A stretch of DNA of 56,765 nucleotides from positions 1 to 56,765 of the forward strand of contig MEDX01000020.1 in assembly GCA_001724245.1 (NCBI GenBank). The letters are read 5' to 3'. Below are positions 21,758 through 33,756 of this stretch, piece by piece. The translations under genes were made by a program, and so were the position numbers. Source of the stretch: Fonticula-like sp. SCN 57-25. Its lineage: Eukaryota. The notes under the pieces were generated by a model. That model was given only the letters and a program-made list of their open reading frames with translations. It had not been told where the DNA came from and searched no databases. Positions within the stretch are counted from its first letter, which is position 1. Every line of letters starts with the position of its first letter.

Positions 21758-24240
21758 TTATACAAGCTGCTCGTCCTCGAGGAAGCGGTAGTCAAAGACA
21801 AAGTCGGACTTTTTACGCGGCGACCATGTGGTCTCGTGGTCAAAGTAGACGTACGTCCCCTGCTCGTAGTCGTCCGTGATCGACTTGGGCTCCTCGTGCC
21901 GCTGGAACCACATGTTGTGCTTCTTGTGGAACCGCCAGCTCTGCCGCTTGAGCTCGCGCGCTGCGAGGTACTGCGCGTACGTCCCGCTCTGCGCGTAGAA
22001 AATGAAGAACAACGTGTCCGTGTCAAACATTGAAAACAGGGCGGGGTTCTCGAGGCCGGAGAGCGGCTGCTGCGGAAAGTACGCCGGCGTCGGCGTAGGG
22101 TTGCGCGGCCAGTACGCGCGAGGCCTGAAAAGACACACATGTAAGCAAAAAAGCGCATATCGCCGCAAGCAAGCGCACCTGTCGACCTCGGGCGCCTCGG
22201 CGCGGTTCTGGTGGCTCTGGTAGCTGGCGTCAAAGTGGGCCAGGTGCGCGGGCGTCGCCTCGCTGCGGTTGCTGTTCCGGAGCATCCTGAACGCCTGCGC
22301 GAGGTCGGCGAGAAGCGGCGGCATCCCGTGCTCAAAGGCGCCAAACGGAAAGTCGCGCTCCTCCTCCTTGTGCTCGGTGAGCGCGGCCGTCGGCGGCGAC
22401 AAAGAAGCGCCAGGCGCCTTGCTGATCAGCTCGGGCTTGCCCGCCAACTCTGGCTCGCTCCCCTTGGCAGCGACGGCGGCGGCAGTCGTAGGCTTAGACC
22501 CCTGAATCGCCTAGCAACAGATGCTCAGAGCCGGCCAATCAGAAAGCCAAAAAAGCGTACGGGGAACGGGTCGGCGGCCTTGGCGGCAGTCGGGACCTCC
22601 TGCTTCTGCGGCGCAACAACGCCGGCAAACGTCGGGGCGGAAGGCGCAGTCTACACAAACCCACCGTCAGCAACGCAAAGAAAAGCGCACGAGGGGCAGT
22701 ACCTTGTTTGGAAGGCCAGCAGCCACGACGGCCGAAAGCGGAATTGGCGTCGTGCCATCTGGAAACACAATATTGGTGAGCAAGCACAGAAAAGGACAGG
22801 ATAAAACAAACCCTTTTTTTGTGAGACGACCGAGGCAGCAATGTTCGGAACGATGACGGGCGCAAAATTGGGCGTCGGCGGGACTGCCGAAGTGGAAGAC
22901 GCCGCCTTCCCCAATGGCATCGCCGAGCTCTGCATGGGAACCGTCGGCGCAGCAGCGCCCTTCTTCATGGGCGACAATGGCGCGGCCTTCTCGGCGACGG
23001 GAGCGGTCGTCGGAATCGGTACTGACGCAACGGCCTTCTTGCTTCCTGCCAACACTGGCGCTGCGAGCGGGGCGGCAGCGGCGGCGGCAGCGGCAGGGGC
23101 CGCCACAGGCGCACTCTTCTTCTCGTCCTCGCCCGCCGAGCTTGTTGTGCGCTTCTTATTGGCCCACTCGTTCACGACGGGTACGCTGGCAGCCGCCAAC
23201 GATGCCGACGATGCCGAGGCGCTGGCCGGCGGCGCCACCGGCTCGGGCTCAACCTCCTTTGCGGCGGCCGCCCTTGCCTTGTGCGATTCCCGCTTGGACA
23301 CGGGGGCTGGCGGGCGCGAAAGGTCAGCACTCGCTGCTTTTCGATATAACAAGAAAGGCGTACCGTCGTCGTCGTCAGAATCGTCGTTGTTGTGCTCGTC
23401 GTCGCTGTCAAAGGTCTCCGGGAGGTTGAGGTCGTCGTAGAGCGTCTCGTCGTCCATAAAGTCGGGGTCCTGGTTCTCGCGAATATAGTACGTGATTCCG
23501 TCCTGGATGCCGTTCACTTCCTCCGGGTCCAGCGCGTCGTTGTCTATCATCCGCATAATGATTTCAAGCCGCTTTTGGTGGTACTTGTGCGTCTCCAACC
23601 GCTGCGTGAGCATGTCGAGCTTCTCGGCCGCTGGGTTCTTCCCCTTGCGCGACGTCAGCTGGATGGCCTCGGCGTCCGCCTCGTCCTTGTCCACCTGCAC
23701 CTGAAGCTCGTCCAGCAATGTACTGATCCATTTAGACGTCTCGTACTTGGCTTTTGTCTTCGGGTCCATTTTGTTCGAAGCAAGGCCCTCTTTTGAAAAG
23801 GCTTTCGTCTTCATTTCCTTTTCACAGGCCTTAAACTCCTCCATTTTCTTCAACTACCGTGAGCAAACAGGCGCAAAATAAGCGGGCGAGGTGGGGCGTA
23901 CCGACTCGATGAGTTTCCTTTGGTCGACGAGGGGCGCCTTGTCCTTGACTTCACTCGACGCATACCACGTCTTGATCTGATCACGGAAACGCTGAAGCTT
24001 CTTGATTTCGCGCTTCAAGTCGGCCTCGTACTTCTCCTTCAAGTTCTGCGCCGTGGAGGCCTTGAGCTTCTCCATAATGTCATCGAACTCGACGATGCCT
24101 TCGGTGATTCGCTTGAACGTCTTGTCAATCTCGCCTGCAAAAAAGGCGCCGCAAAAAGAAAGTCGCGGCAAACCATTTAGTACCAAAAAACCAAAAGCAA
24201 GCGCGCAATAAATACCTTGGAGTTTTCTCCCAGACGCCAT
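21758..24240 (-). CDS. CNOT3: CCR4-NOT complex subunit NOT3/CNOT3, multi-exon
   Basis: MASGRKLQG^[12 protein letters not shown]...[38 protein letters not shown] box DTLFFIFY...[29 protein letters not shown]. Confidence 0.96.
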
Positions 24241-24633
24241 GACGAAACCTGCTCACCGCGCCTCACGGGCCGCACGGGAAAAAGGGCACGCAAGCCTCGG
24301 CAAAAGAGGAGAAAAAAAGGGTCCTTGGGCGTGCAACGCTGCAGTGCGCGCAAAAGTGCCCCAAATGGCAAGTTTGTTGAGCGCGTAAGCAAGTGGTGTG
24401 TTACACGTGTCTCACACCGACTCCTAGCGGATATTGGCCTCTGACAAAAAGGAAGAACCCTCGTTGCCGCGACACACCCCGCTCGCTCGCTCGATCCGCT
24501 GAACAGTTCGCAATGGCGGCGCTAGCCCGAGACTCTGCCCCTGATAGCTGCGGGTACAATCCCGATCGGATCGCGATCCAGACGGGACTGTTTGCTCACG
24601 GCACTTTAAGAAAGGGAAGGGGGCTGCGCGAGG

Positions 24634-27600
24634 ATGGCGCACTCCATGAAGGCCAAGGACGAGGACATTGGTGCGTTGCTGCTTGTTAAATGGTTTTGTT
24701 ACAGTGGCTTTTGAATGGCCATCATTATTTGTCACTTTTTTCCTTTGCATCGCTCGCTTGCGGTTTGCCTCGTGCTAAACTGGGTGGGTCGTTTCAGAGC
24801 CGACGCCCTTCTCGCAGATCGACAAGAGCCAAGTACTGCAGGAGGCGCGCATCTTCAATGACAATCAATTGAATGTCCGGAAATGCAACTTGCTATTGAC
24901 CAAGATCCTCTATCTGCTCTACCAGGGCGAGACGGTCGGAACGGTCGAGGCCACTGAGCTGTTCTTTGCCATCACCAAGCTTTTCCAGTCCAAGGATGTA
25001 CGTCTTGCTCACTCTTTGCGGCGCTTCTATCGCCTGCCTGTTTGTACCTGTGCTTGTGTTTGGTGTGTTATATTATGGAAATGAGTATTAACTGCTTTTT
25101 TTCCTCATACTCAGGTGATGCTGCGCCGGATGGTGTACCTCGCCGTCAAGGAGCTCAGCGGCACGGCCCAGGATGTCATTATGGTGACCAGCAGCCTGCA
25201 AAAGGACATGAACTCCAAGACGGAAGTGACGTACCGTGCGAGCGCCATTCGTGCGCTTTGCAAGATTACCGACGTACGCTGCTTTCCTTTTGCTTTTTGC
25301 CTGCTCATGTGTTTATTTTTCAGCCGTCGATGATCACGCTGATTGAGCGGTTCATCAAGCAAGCCATCGTGGACAAGACGCCCAACGTAGCCAGCGCTGC
25401 GCTTGTTTCGGCTCTGCATTTGTACAACGACAACAAGGACGTAGTTAAGCGCTGGGTCAACGAGGCACAGGAGGCGATCAATAGCAAGTGTACGTCGACG
25501 ATGGCAAGTGATTTCTTGCGCTGACTTTTGTGTCTTTTCTCCCTCAGCTGTGGCCGTTCAGTACCACGCCATTGGTCTCCTTTACCAGATCCGTCAGAAG
25601 GACCGCATGGCCGTCACCAAGCTTGTGCAGACCTGGTCCAAGGCCGGGCTCCGGTCCGCGTACGCGCATGTCATGCTCATCCGCTACGCTGTCAAGGTTA
25701 TGGAGGAGGAGGACTCATCCGATGGGTGCGTCGAACTAGCGCGCTTTCTCGTTTTTACTGACGTCGTGGCAGTCCCGGTCGCTCCATGTACGACTTTTTG
25801 GAGAACTCGGTCCGCCACCGCAGCGAGATGGTCGTGCTCGAGGCCGCGCGTGCCATCTGCGGCCTCCACGGTGTGACGAGCAAGGAGCTCATCCCCGCCA
25901 TTGCCGGTACGTTTTTCTATCTTAATGGCGCTGTGGTCGCCTGACTGTATCCGCGTAGTCCTTCAGCTCTTCCTTGCGTCGCCGCGCCCGACTCTGCGCT
26001 TTGCGGCCATCCGCACGCTCAACAAGGTGGCCGCCACGCACCCCGTTGCCATTTCGCCGTGCAATCTTGACATGGAGAACCTCATCACCGACCCGAACCG
26101 CTCCATCTCGACGCTCGCCATCACGACGCTGCTCAAGACGGGCAACGAGGCGTCCGTCGACCGCCTCATCAAGCAGATCGAGGGATTCATGTCTGAAATC
26201 TCGGACGAGTTCAAGGTCGTCGTGGTCGAGGCCACGCGCGCCCTCTGCATCAAGTTCCCCACCAAGCAGTCGGTCCTGCTCAACTTTTTGGCCATGTGCC
26301 TGCGCGAGGAGGGCGGGTTCGAGTACAAGAAGGCCATCGTCGACGCGCTGATCCACTTTGTCTCAAATATCCCCGACGCCAAGGACTTTACCCTGTCGCA
26401 CCTCTGCGAGTTCATCGAGGACTGCGAGTTCCCGCAGCTGACCGTGGACGTGCTCCACACGCTCGGCCGCGAGGCGCCGCAGTCGACCCACCCCGGCAAG
26501 TACATCCGCTACATTAACAACCGCGTGATCCTCGAGGGCCCGCAGGTCCGCGCCGCTGCCGTCTCGGCCTTGACCAAGTTTGGCCTCCACCTCGAGTCGC
26601 TTCGGCCGTCGATCCTCGTCCTCTTGAACCGCTGCCTCCACGACGCGGATGACGAAGTCCGCGACCGCGCCGCGCTCAGCGTCGACCTTTTGCAGAGCGC
26701 CTCGCCGCAGACCAAGCCCCTCATCGCCTCTGGTGCGACAGCGCTCCTCTGCTTTGTATTTTTGCTCACCTCGCTGTGTAATTTTTCAGAGCTCACGTAC
26801 TCGGCTGCCGCCCTCGAGCGTGCGCTCGCGACCTACCTCAGCGACCCGACCGTGCACGTCAAGCGCTTCGAGTCGCGCACGGTGCCGCTGGTGCCCATTG
26901 CCCAGGAGCTCGTCGCGCAGCCCACCAAGAAGGAGATTGCCGCCGCTGCCGAGGCCACCGAGGCCGTGCGCGCTGCGACTGCCGCCGCCGTCCCCGCCGT
27001 GTCCGAGGCGCGCCAGCAGGAGCAGTACGCCGAGCAGCTCGCCCGTATCCCCGAGCTCGCCCGCTTTGGCTCGCTCCTCAAGTCGTCCAAGGCCACCCCG
27101 CTCACCGAATCCGAGGTACGCTCGCCTCCTGAGGCGCTTTTATATGCCGACACTAAATTTTGCAGACCGAGTACAAGATTTCGGTCGTCAAGCACCTGTT
27201 CCCGCGCCACATCGTGCTCCAGTTTGACTGCCGCAACACGCTCAACGACCAGTTGCTGGAGAACGTGTCCGTTGCCGTCGAGACCGACACCAATGAGATC
27301 CGCCAGGTGTACTCGAGCACAATTGCCACGCTTGCCTACGACGAGCCGCAGACGTGCTTTGTGGCGTTCCAAAAGGCCGAGGGCTCGTGCCCTATCGGTA
27401 CGCGCCGCTTGCTCTGCCTTTAGTATGTTTGCTTACATGCCTGCCGCAGCCTCTTTTGCCAATACGCTGCAGTTTGTTGTCAAGGACTGCGACCCTGAGA
27501 CCGGCGAGGCCGACCCGCAGGGCTACGACGACGAGTACCAGCTGGAGGAGACGGAGCTCACGCTCGCGGACTATGTCGTCCCGACCAATGTGGCAAGCTT

Positions 27601-27959
27601 CATGGACGCGTGGAAGGAGCTCGGCAACGAAGTGACCGAGACTTTCCAGCTTTCGGCTCTGCAGACGCTGACCGGTACGTTGCGGTCAGTTAATGCTTTT
27701 GGTCGCTAACCCCTTTTGTGCAGCTGCGGTTGATAGCGTCACTGACTTTTTGGGCATGCGCGCTGCCGAGCGCTCGAACACGGTGCCGTCGGGTAAGACG
27801 TCGCACGTGCTTTTGCTGTCGGGCATGCTTCTCGGCCGCACCCGCGTGCTGGCACGCTGCCGCATGGCCGTCCACTCGTCCAATGGCGTTGCCATGGAGC
27901 TCTCCGTTCGCTCCGAGGACCCCAAGGTGTCTGAGCTCGTCGCCAGCGCCATCAGCTAA
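24634..27959 (+). CDS. COPG: Coatomer subunit gamma, multi-exon
   Basis: [90 protein letters not shown]. Confidence 0.97.
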
Positions 27960-28444
27960 AAAGGACAAGCCTAAAAGTCGTTTTTCTTATTCATAACTTG
28001 CTCTCTTTTACATTCATTCTATATCTTCGATTCCTCTTTCTCTGTAAACGTATCAATGTACGACGCTTCAAGATCACCCCCGGTCCCCCCACAACTCACT
28101 TTTTGCATCCCACAATTTGGTTGGTGCTTTTGACCAATGACCTCTCGTCAATCAAAAGCCAATTGCCATTTTCGTCGCAGCCGATCGGACTACCAATCCG
28201 GCTTGTTTTATGCCGCTCCTCGGTTTCCTATTGGGGGGTTTTGGCGGGAAACGCGCTAGCGCAGACAAAAGGGATGCCTGGGCACCTTGCCGCAAGCGAA
28301 ACAAAGCTCTGATGTGACGAGGAATCAGGAACCCGACATGCCACAAACAAAAAAAAGTTAAAGTGCAAAGGAAATTTGGAAAGCTGAGAGACCGGATGCC
28401 GCCCATCTACGCTTTATTATATTGATGGAACACAGGGATACACT

Positions 28445-30975
28445 TTAGAACAAGGACGAAATCACATACGCGACCACCGGCGAGATGATCAAAAAAGCGG
28501 CGCCCTGCAAGCGAATCGTGAGCAAAAGGCAAATTTTCACACTGCGGCGCGTACCAATTTAGAGCTGCTATCCTCTGACGAGGCCGCCTCGAGCTGATTC
28601 ACCCTCCTCGTGAGGCCTGCAAATGCAAAATGAGTAACTTATGGGAGCAAGGGAGTGGCGTACTCTCGAGCAGCTGAGAGATGCGTTCGTCCTCGGACGC
28701 CAATGAAGAAGTCGGCGCTTTGGCAGCGCCCCCCGCGGCCGACGAGGCGGCCGGCGCGCCTCCGACGACCTTGTCGTTGACGGTGATGGATCCGTTCCTG
28801 CCCGCGGCGACGCGAACCTCAACCTCTGTGCCATCGGCTTCGGGCGCAAACTCAATGCTCACGCCTCCGGTGACGGCTGCAGCCGACTTTACCGCGGTGC
28901 TCGGGGTAAAGGTGACCGTGGCGCCCGCCGCAGCAAAGCGCTTGGCGGGCAGGCGCAGCTCGGTCTTTGCGCTGGCGTTGAGCTTGACGGTGAACTTGCC
29001 GCCAAACACGCCGCTGTCGTGGTCAAAGCTGAGCCCGTGGCGGTCCACAGCCTGCAGCGACGAGAACAGCGCGGGCGCGCCGTGCGCCCCGAGGTACGAA
29101 ACGACGTGCGCCACAGTCTCGGGGAGCCCGTTTGCAACCGTCTGCAGCAAAACGCGTTAATTTGCGGGCGGGCCTGGAATTCGGCGGCGGCGTACCTGGA
29201 GGATGAAGGCAGGGATGCTGCCGGCGAGGTCAATGTCTGTAATGTACGAGATCTCGGTGCCGCCGTTGGGCCGGGGGCGCAGCCGCCACCCGTTAAGGCG
29301 GAGGTGCGCGCGGACCTTGTCGCTCTTGGTGGGCACCTTGGGGTCCTCGACGGACGTCGAGCAGATCCACAGGGTGCCATCGGCGTCGCTCCAGCGGCGC
29401 GTGACGACGCACATGTCGCGGCCGCTCGTCGGCCACTGCCCCTTGGTCGCCGTGTACGTCAGCGTCGTCGACGAGTCAAGCGCCTCGACCACCTGGACGC
29501 TCTCGAGCAGCTTGTCCCCTTGACCACCCACAGTGTCAGACAAAAATACAACAACACAGGCGGATGCGTACAGATTTTGCGCGCCGAGTTGCTGTCGACG
29601 ACGGCGGCCACCTCGTGCGGCGAGTACGCGTCGGTGACGAGGACACCGCGCACGACCGGCAGCGGCTGCACCGGCGTCGGCTTTTGGAGAATCTGGACGC
29701 CCTTGGCGGTGCCCTTGTCCAGCCAGTCGGTCTCGTCCGAGATCTGGATGTAGCGCGCGCACGCCGCGTCGATCTGCGCGCGGTAGCGGTGGTCGCCCTG
29801 CTCCTGCGCGACGACCTCGCCGCTTGCTGGCGCGGCAGAAGAGGAAGCAGCAGCGGCGGGCTTTTCCATGCCCTCGGCCGTGACCGTGCAGCCGTTCAGC
29901 ACCGCCTTAAAGGGGCCCGATGCGCTCGGCGCAATGGTCAGCGTCACGCGCTTGCCACCCATGTCCTTGTGCTCCAGCACCAAAATGCCGTCGTCCAGAA
30001 GGCGCGCGCCCACGCCTGCAAAGCGCCCATGTCAGTCGCCCCGCCCGTGTGGCATGTCCCTTTCCGTAACGTACCGGCGGAGAGGGTACCCGTGTAGCCG
30101 CTCTTGTACCGCTTGTCGCTGACAAAGACGTGCGTCTCGCCGCCGAGGCTGTCGTCCACGTCAAAGTCGAGTGTGAAGCGCGACGACTCGTGGTCAAAGT
30201 CGGGCGTGGCGCGGAGAAGGCCGCCCATGAGCACCGGGTACGGCGGCGGGCCGTGCTGCAACAGGTACTTGCGGATAGAGTAGACGCACAGAGGAATCTT
30301 GTTGGCGACCATCTTGATGATCGACCCAGGAATGCTGCCCTTCAAGTCAATGTCATTCACATTGACGACGCGCACGCCGCGGTTGTCACTCAGCGGCTCA
30401 ATCAACCAGCCGTTCAGCTTGATCTCACCGCGCACCTTGCCCGACACGGTGGGCACGAGCGGGTCCTCCACCGCGCAGCCGGCCCCGATAATCGTGCCGT
30501 CCTCCCGTGTGCGCGTTCCGAGCACAAGGCAAAAGTCGCGGCCGCTCGTCGGCCACTGGCCCTTTGACGAGGCGTACGAGAGAATGGAGCGCGGGCCGAG
30601 CATGCTCACCGCGCGGCCGCTCTCAAACAGGGGATCCCCTACAAAAAAGTTAGAGGGAATTAGACACAAGTGAAAGTGCGCACAGACGACGCGGCAGCCT
30701 GGGAGCTGTGACGCTCCGTAAAACTCAATTGGAGAAAAGCCTTCGATAATTCCGATGCCGCGCAGAATGCCAAGAGGGCGGCCAGGCACATCCTTGCGGG
30801 TAATCTCGACCCCCTTCTCGTCGGCGACGACTTCCCAGCCAGTCTCGCGGCTGATGCGCTCAACGGCATCAAGCGCCTCGCGCTCCTGGGCAGCGTAGCG
30901 GTGGTTCGGCTCCTCCTTGGTGGCATACCGCGAGTAAGCGGTGTTTGCCGACGGGGCTGCGGCCGCCGTCTCCAT
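28445..30975 (-). CDS. Tandem START-domain lipid-transfer protein with C-terminal coiled coil and tail-anchor TM, multi-exon
   Basis: Two homologous START units (KGQWPTSGRDFCLV / KGQWPTSGRDMCVV; DIDLKGSIP / DIDLAGSIP); last exon GAAFLIISPVVAYVISSLF*. Confidence 0.85.
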
Positions 30976-31224
30976 CTTTGCCCACAGAAAAAGGTCCCGT
31001 GTGTTTGGACCGAATGCCGTGATATGATTGGTTGACGATCGAGGTGGGCTGCCCGCCAAATAGCGGGGTATGTGCGTAGTGTATCGGTATTAAAAGTGCA
31101 CTGTCGTTGGGCTCGGTACATAAAGCAAGGGTATGCAAAAATACATTATTGAATGATAGCAATGCATGATGAGAACAATGCGCCAAATATTGGACATGAA
31201 CAATTGTATGGTACATGAAAATCA

Positions 31225-32772
31225 CTAGTTATACAGCTTGTCGATGAAGAGCACGCACGCGTCCGGGCGCTCTTTCCCCGCCATTGCAGATACCGGTCGC
31301 CTAAACTCCATTGCAAGGCATGAGTCGTGTGCCGCGTTGATAAGGACGGCGCCCTCCCATGGCGACGACGGCCAGCGCACGAGCCAGATTGACCCGTCGT
31401 TCTTGCCCGTCGCGTAGCGGCCGCTGACGGCGCCGCTCTCGCTTGCAAACACATCCTTGAGCGACCTTTTGCTGCGGATGTGAACGAGCTTAGCTTTTTG
31501 CCCCGCGTCAACCATCGACGCGAGGCGCCTGCGGTGCCGCTCGTCAACATCCACGAGCATCCAGTGCATTCCGCTCTGGTCGTCGCTGCAGTGCGCCTGC
31601 TGAACGGCGCCAGTGTCGTCCGAAAAAAGGCACTGGCCACTGTGCTGCCCGCGGATGACAAACGTGTCCGTGGGAAAGGCCCCAGAAGGGTCTTCGTGCA
31701 TCCACCGGCGGGTGTCGCGGCGCGGCCCTCTGGTGGCGAGCCGCTCTGGCCGAGCGGCGCTCGACCGGCCAAAGTCGTTGACGAGCGGCATCCAGCCGGC
31801 CTTGTACTGCGTCTCGTGGACGTGCCAGGTGTGGATGTCGAGGCACGGGTTGCGGACGCGCAGCCCGGCGTGCTCCATCTCGTGCATCAGGCGGTTCTCA
31901 GAGCCCCAGCACCCGAGGCGGAAGGCGGTGCGCTCCAGGAGCGGGCGCGGGAGAGGAGGCTGGAAGAAAAGGGCGTCGTGGCTGCCGACAAAGGCAGGGC
32001 CGCACTGCGAAGGGAGCTGCGACCGCGAGCCGGGCAGCTCGTACCGCGACAAAAAGTACGCCACCGAAGGGCCAAGGTCAATGCTCGAGTTGCGCACGAG
32101 CATGAGCGTGTCGTCAAAGATGATGTCGAGGTTGGACAGGACGCACGTCCGTCCGACCAGGTGCCGCGACGCGTAGGCAAGCGCGTCCTGGGCCGCCAGG
32201 CGGCCGATAAAGTCGACAAAATGAACCTGTACTTTGGCGGTAAACGCTGACGCGCAGGCCTCGTCCACCTCATCCGAAAAGGGAAGGCGGCATACATGTT
32301 CTCCAACAATGTCCCTATATGCGGTTGCATCGCCGCGGATTGCAGCGTGTGATGCAGCAAGCTGCTCAACATTAGTCGGGCCCTCCTGCCGCAAGCAGAA
32401 ATTCGGGCTCTGGTCGGCAAACTCGTGGAGCCAGCACATGGCAGCCTGCTGCGACTCTGGGTGGTGATAGTCATCGCCGTGCGCCGATTGGAAGAGATGA
32501 ACCGCCGCAATATTTTCATTCAAGACATTGTGTCGGAGACTCTTCTCGTATTCGCCGGCTCTCGCCGCCTTGGAGGCAAAGTTCCACTGAAGCAAGAGGT
32601 CAACGCCGCCGAGAAAGCGCCCGTGATCCTGCTTCACCTGAACAGGTTTGATATCCTCGGCATATCGCGCCCCCGCCTGTGCCAGATATAATAACAAAAG
32701 TAATTCAAGCACCGCGACGGCCAGCGCGCCGGCCAGCCCGGCGGCCAGCGAGGCCATCGGACGCCGCGGCAT
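31225..32772 (-). CDS. Type II membrane putative GT-A glycosyltransferase with C-terminal ricin-B-like (beta-trefoil) domain, intronless
   Basis: N-terminal TM LAAGLAGALAVAVLELLLLLYL; SNLDIIFDD, YFLSRYE, GSHDALFF, GSENRL, NPCLDIHTWHVH; C-terminal IRGQHSGQCL...VQQAHC...MHW and LINAAHDSCL. Confidence 0.65.
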   Translation of the reverse strand: MPRRPMASLAAGLAGALAVAVLELLLLLYLAQAGARYAEDIKPVQVKQDHGRFLGGVDLLLQWNFASKAARAGEYEKSLRHNVLNENIAAVHLFQSAHGDDYHHPESQQAAMCWLHEFADQSPNFCLRQEGPTNVEQLAASHAAIRGDATAYRDIVGEHVCRLPFSDEVDEACASAFTAKVQVHFVDFIGRLAAQDALAYASRHLVGRTCVLSNLDIIFDDTLMLVRNSSIDLGPSVAYFLSRYELPGSRSQLPSQCGPAFVGSHDALFFQPPLPRPLLERTAFRLGCWGSENRLMHEMEHAGLRVRNPCLDIHTWHVHETQYKAGWMPLVNDFGRSSAARPERLATRGPRRDTRRWMHEDPSGAFPTDTFVIRGQHSGQCLFSDDTGAVQQAHCSDDQSGMHWMLVDVDERHRRRLASMVDAGQKAKLVHIRSKRSLKDVFASESGAVSGRYATGKNDGSIWLVRWPSSPWEGAVLINAAHDSCLAMEFRRPVSAMAGKERPDACVLFIDKLYN

Positions 32773-32923
32773 GCGTGCGGCGTAGCGTCGTCTAACTTTT
32801 GAGTGCAAACCGCAAACTAGTTTGCAGTTTGAATCGGACGGGGGTGCTCCCGGCACACGCACAACAACCTCGGTTTTGCGCTCAGCGTACGGCATACACG
32901 GACACGTTTGCGCAGAGTAGATA

Positions 32924-33472
32924 ATGGACGACAAGAAAACACCACCTGCTGATGTCGCTTCGACGACTGACGCGACTTGGGACAAGAAGGTCGACCAATT
33001 CCCGACGTACTCGGATTCATTTGTAAGCATCCTGCCGGACAAGATGAAAGTTCACACGTACTACTTTCCTCTTGCTACGAGCAAGGTGCGAGCCCCCGTT
33101 ACTTTCGTTGTACATGTCGCAGCTATGTATGTATGCTTATATGGACGCGCACGTAGACCATCAAGTATGAGAATATTCGCCATGTGACGCTCGGCAGGAT
33201 TGCCGACCTGTCGGTTTTCGGCATAAAAGAGTGGGGTATGGCACTGACGCCGGTATGGTGGCCCTGCGACTTTTCCCGCGGCTGTCGCGTTTACTATATT
33301 CTAATTTCAACGGACGACTGGCCAAAGTACGAAAGCGCCCATTGCTTGCCCGTTTGCAACTGACCACCGCAACAGGATTGGCATCACCCTTGACGACGCG
33401 AATGCGGTCCGCGTCTATAATATGATTCGCCATTATGCGCCGCATGCCACTCCGGAAGAACTAAAGTCGTGA
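32924..33472 (+). CDS. Small uncharacterised protein, bacterial-PH-like domain family, 3 exons
   Basis: YSDSFVSILPDKMKVHTYYFPLATSK^TIKYENI...IKEWGMALTPVWWPCDFSR...^IGITLDDANA. Confidence 0.6.
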
Positions 33473-33756
33473 GTATTTATGAGGAATTTTCAGTTTTTCA
33501 GTTTTACTACAGTATTGCTTTTATGTTAGAGTACCCTTTGAATTCTTTGTCGTAGTTTTTTGTCAATAATGAAACAGTCACAGCATGCATGCAATCTCAT
33601 ATTTGACGATAATGCGTATAGTATGTTGCGGAAAGCAGCCGCGCAGCACAAGAAACATATATTGCACAGCCTTGTACACCTTTGGCATTCGAAAGTCAAC
33701 ATTCGCCCGCGCGATTCAGGGGCAGATTCTGTTGGCAGCCTGTGGGAACGGTGGAA

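Noticed and set aside
32773-33042. N-terminal extension of the 605-aa ORF 31225..33042
   Set aside because: It overlaps exon 1 of the plus-strand gene at 32924. The signal anchor follows ATG 32772, which is the more plausible start.
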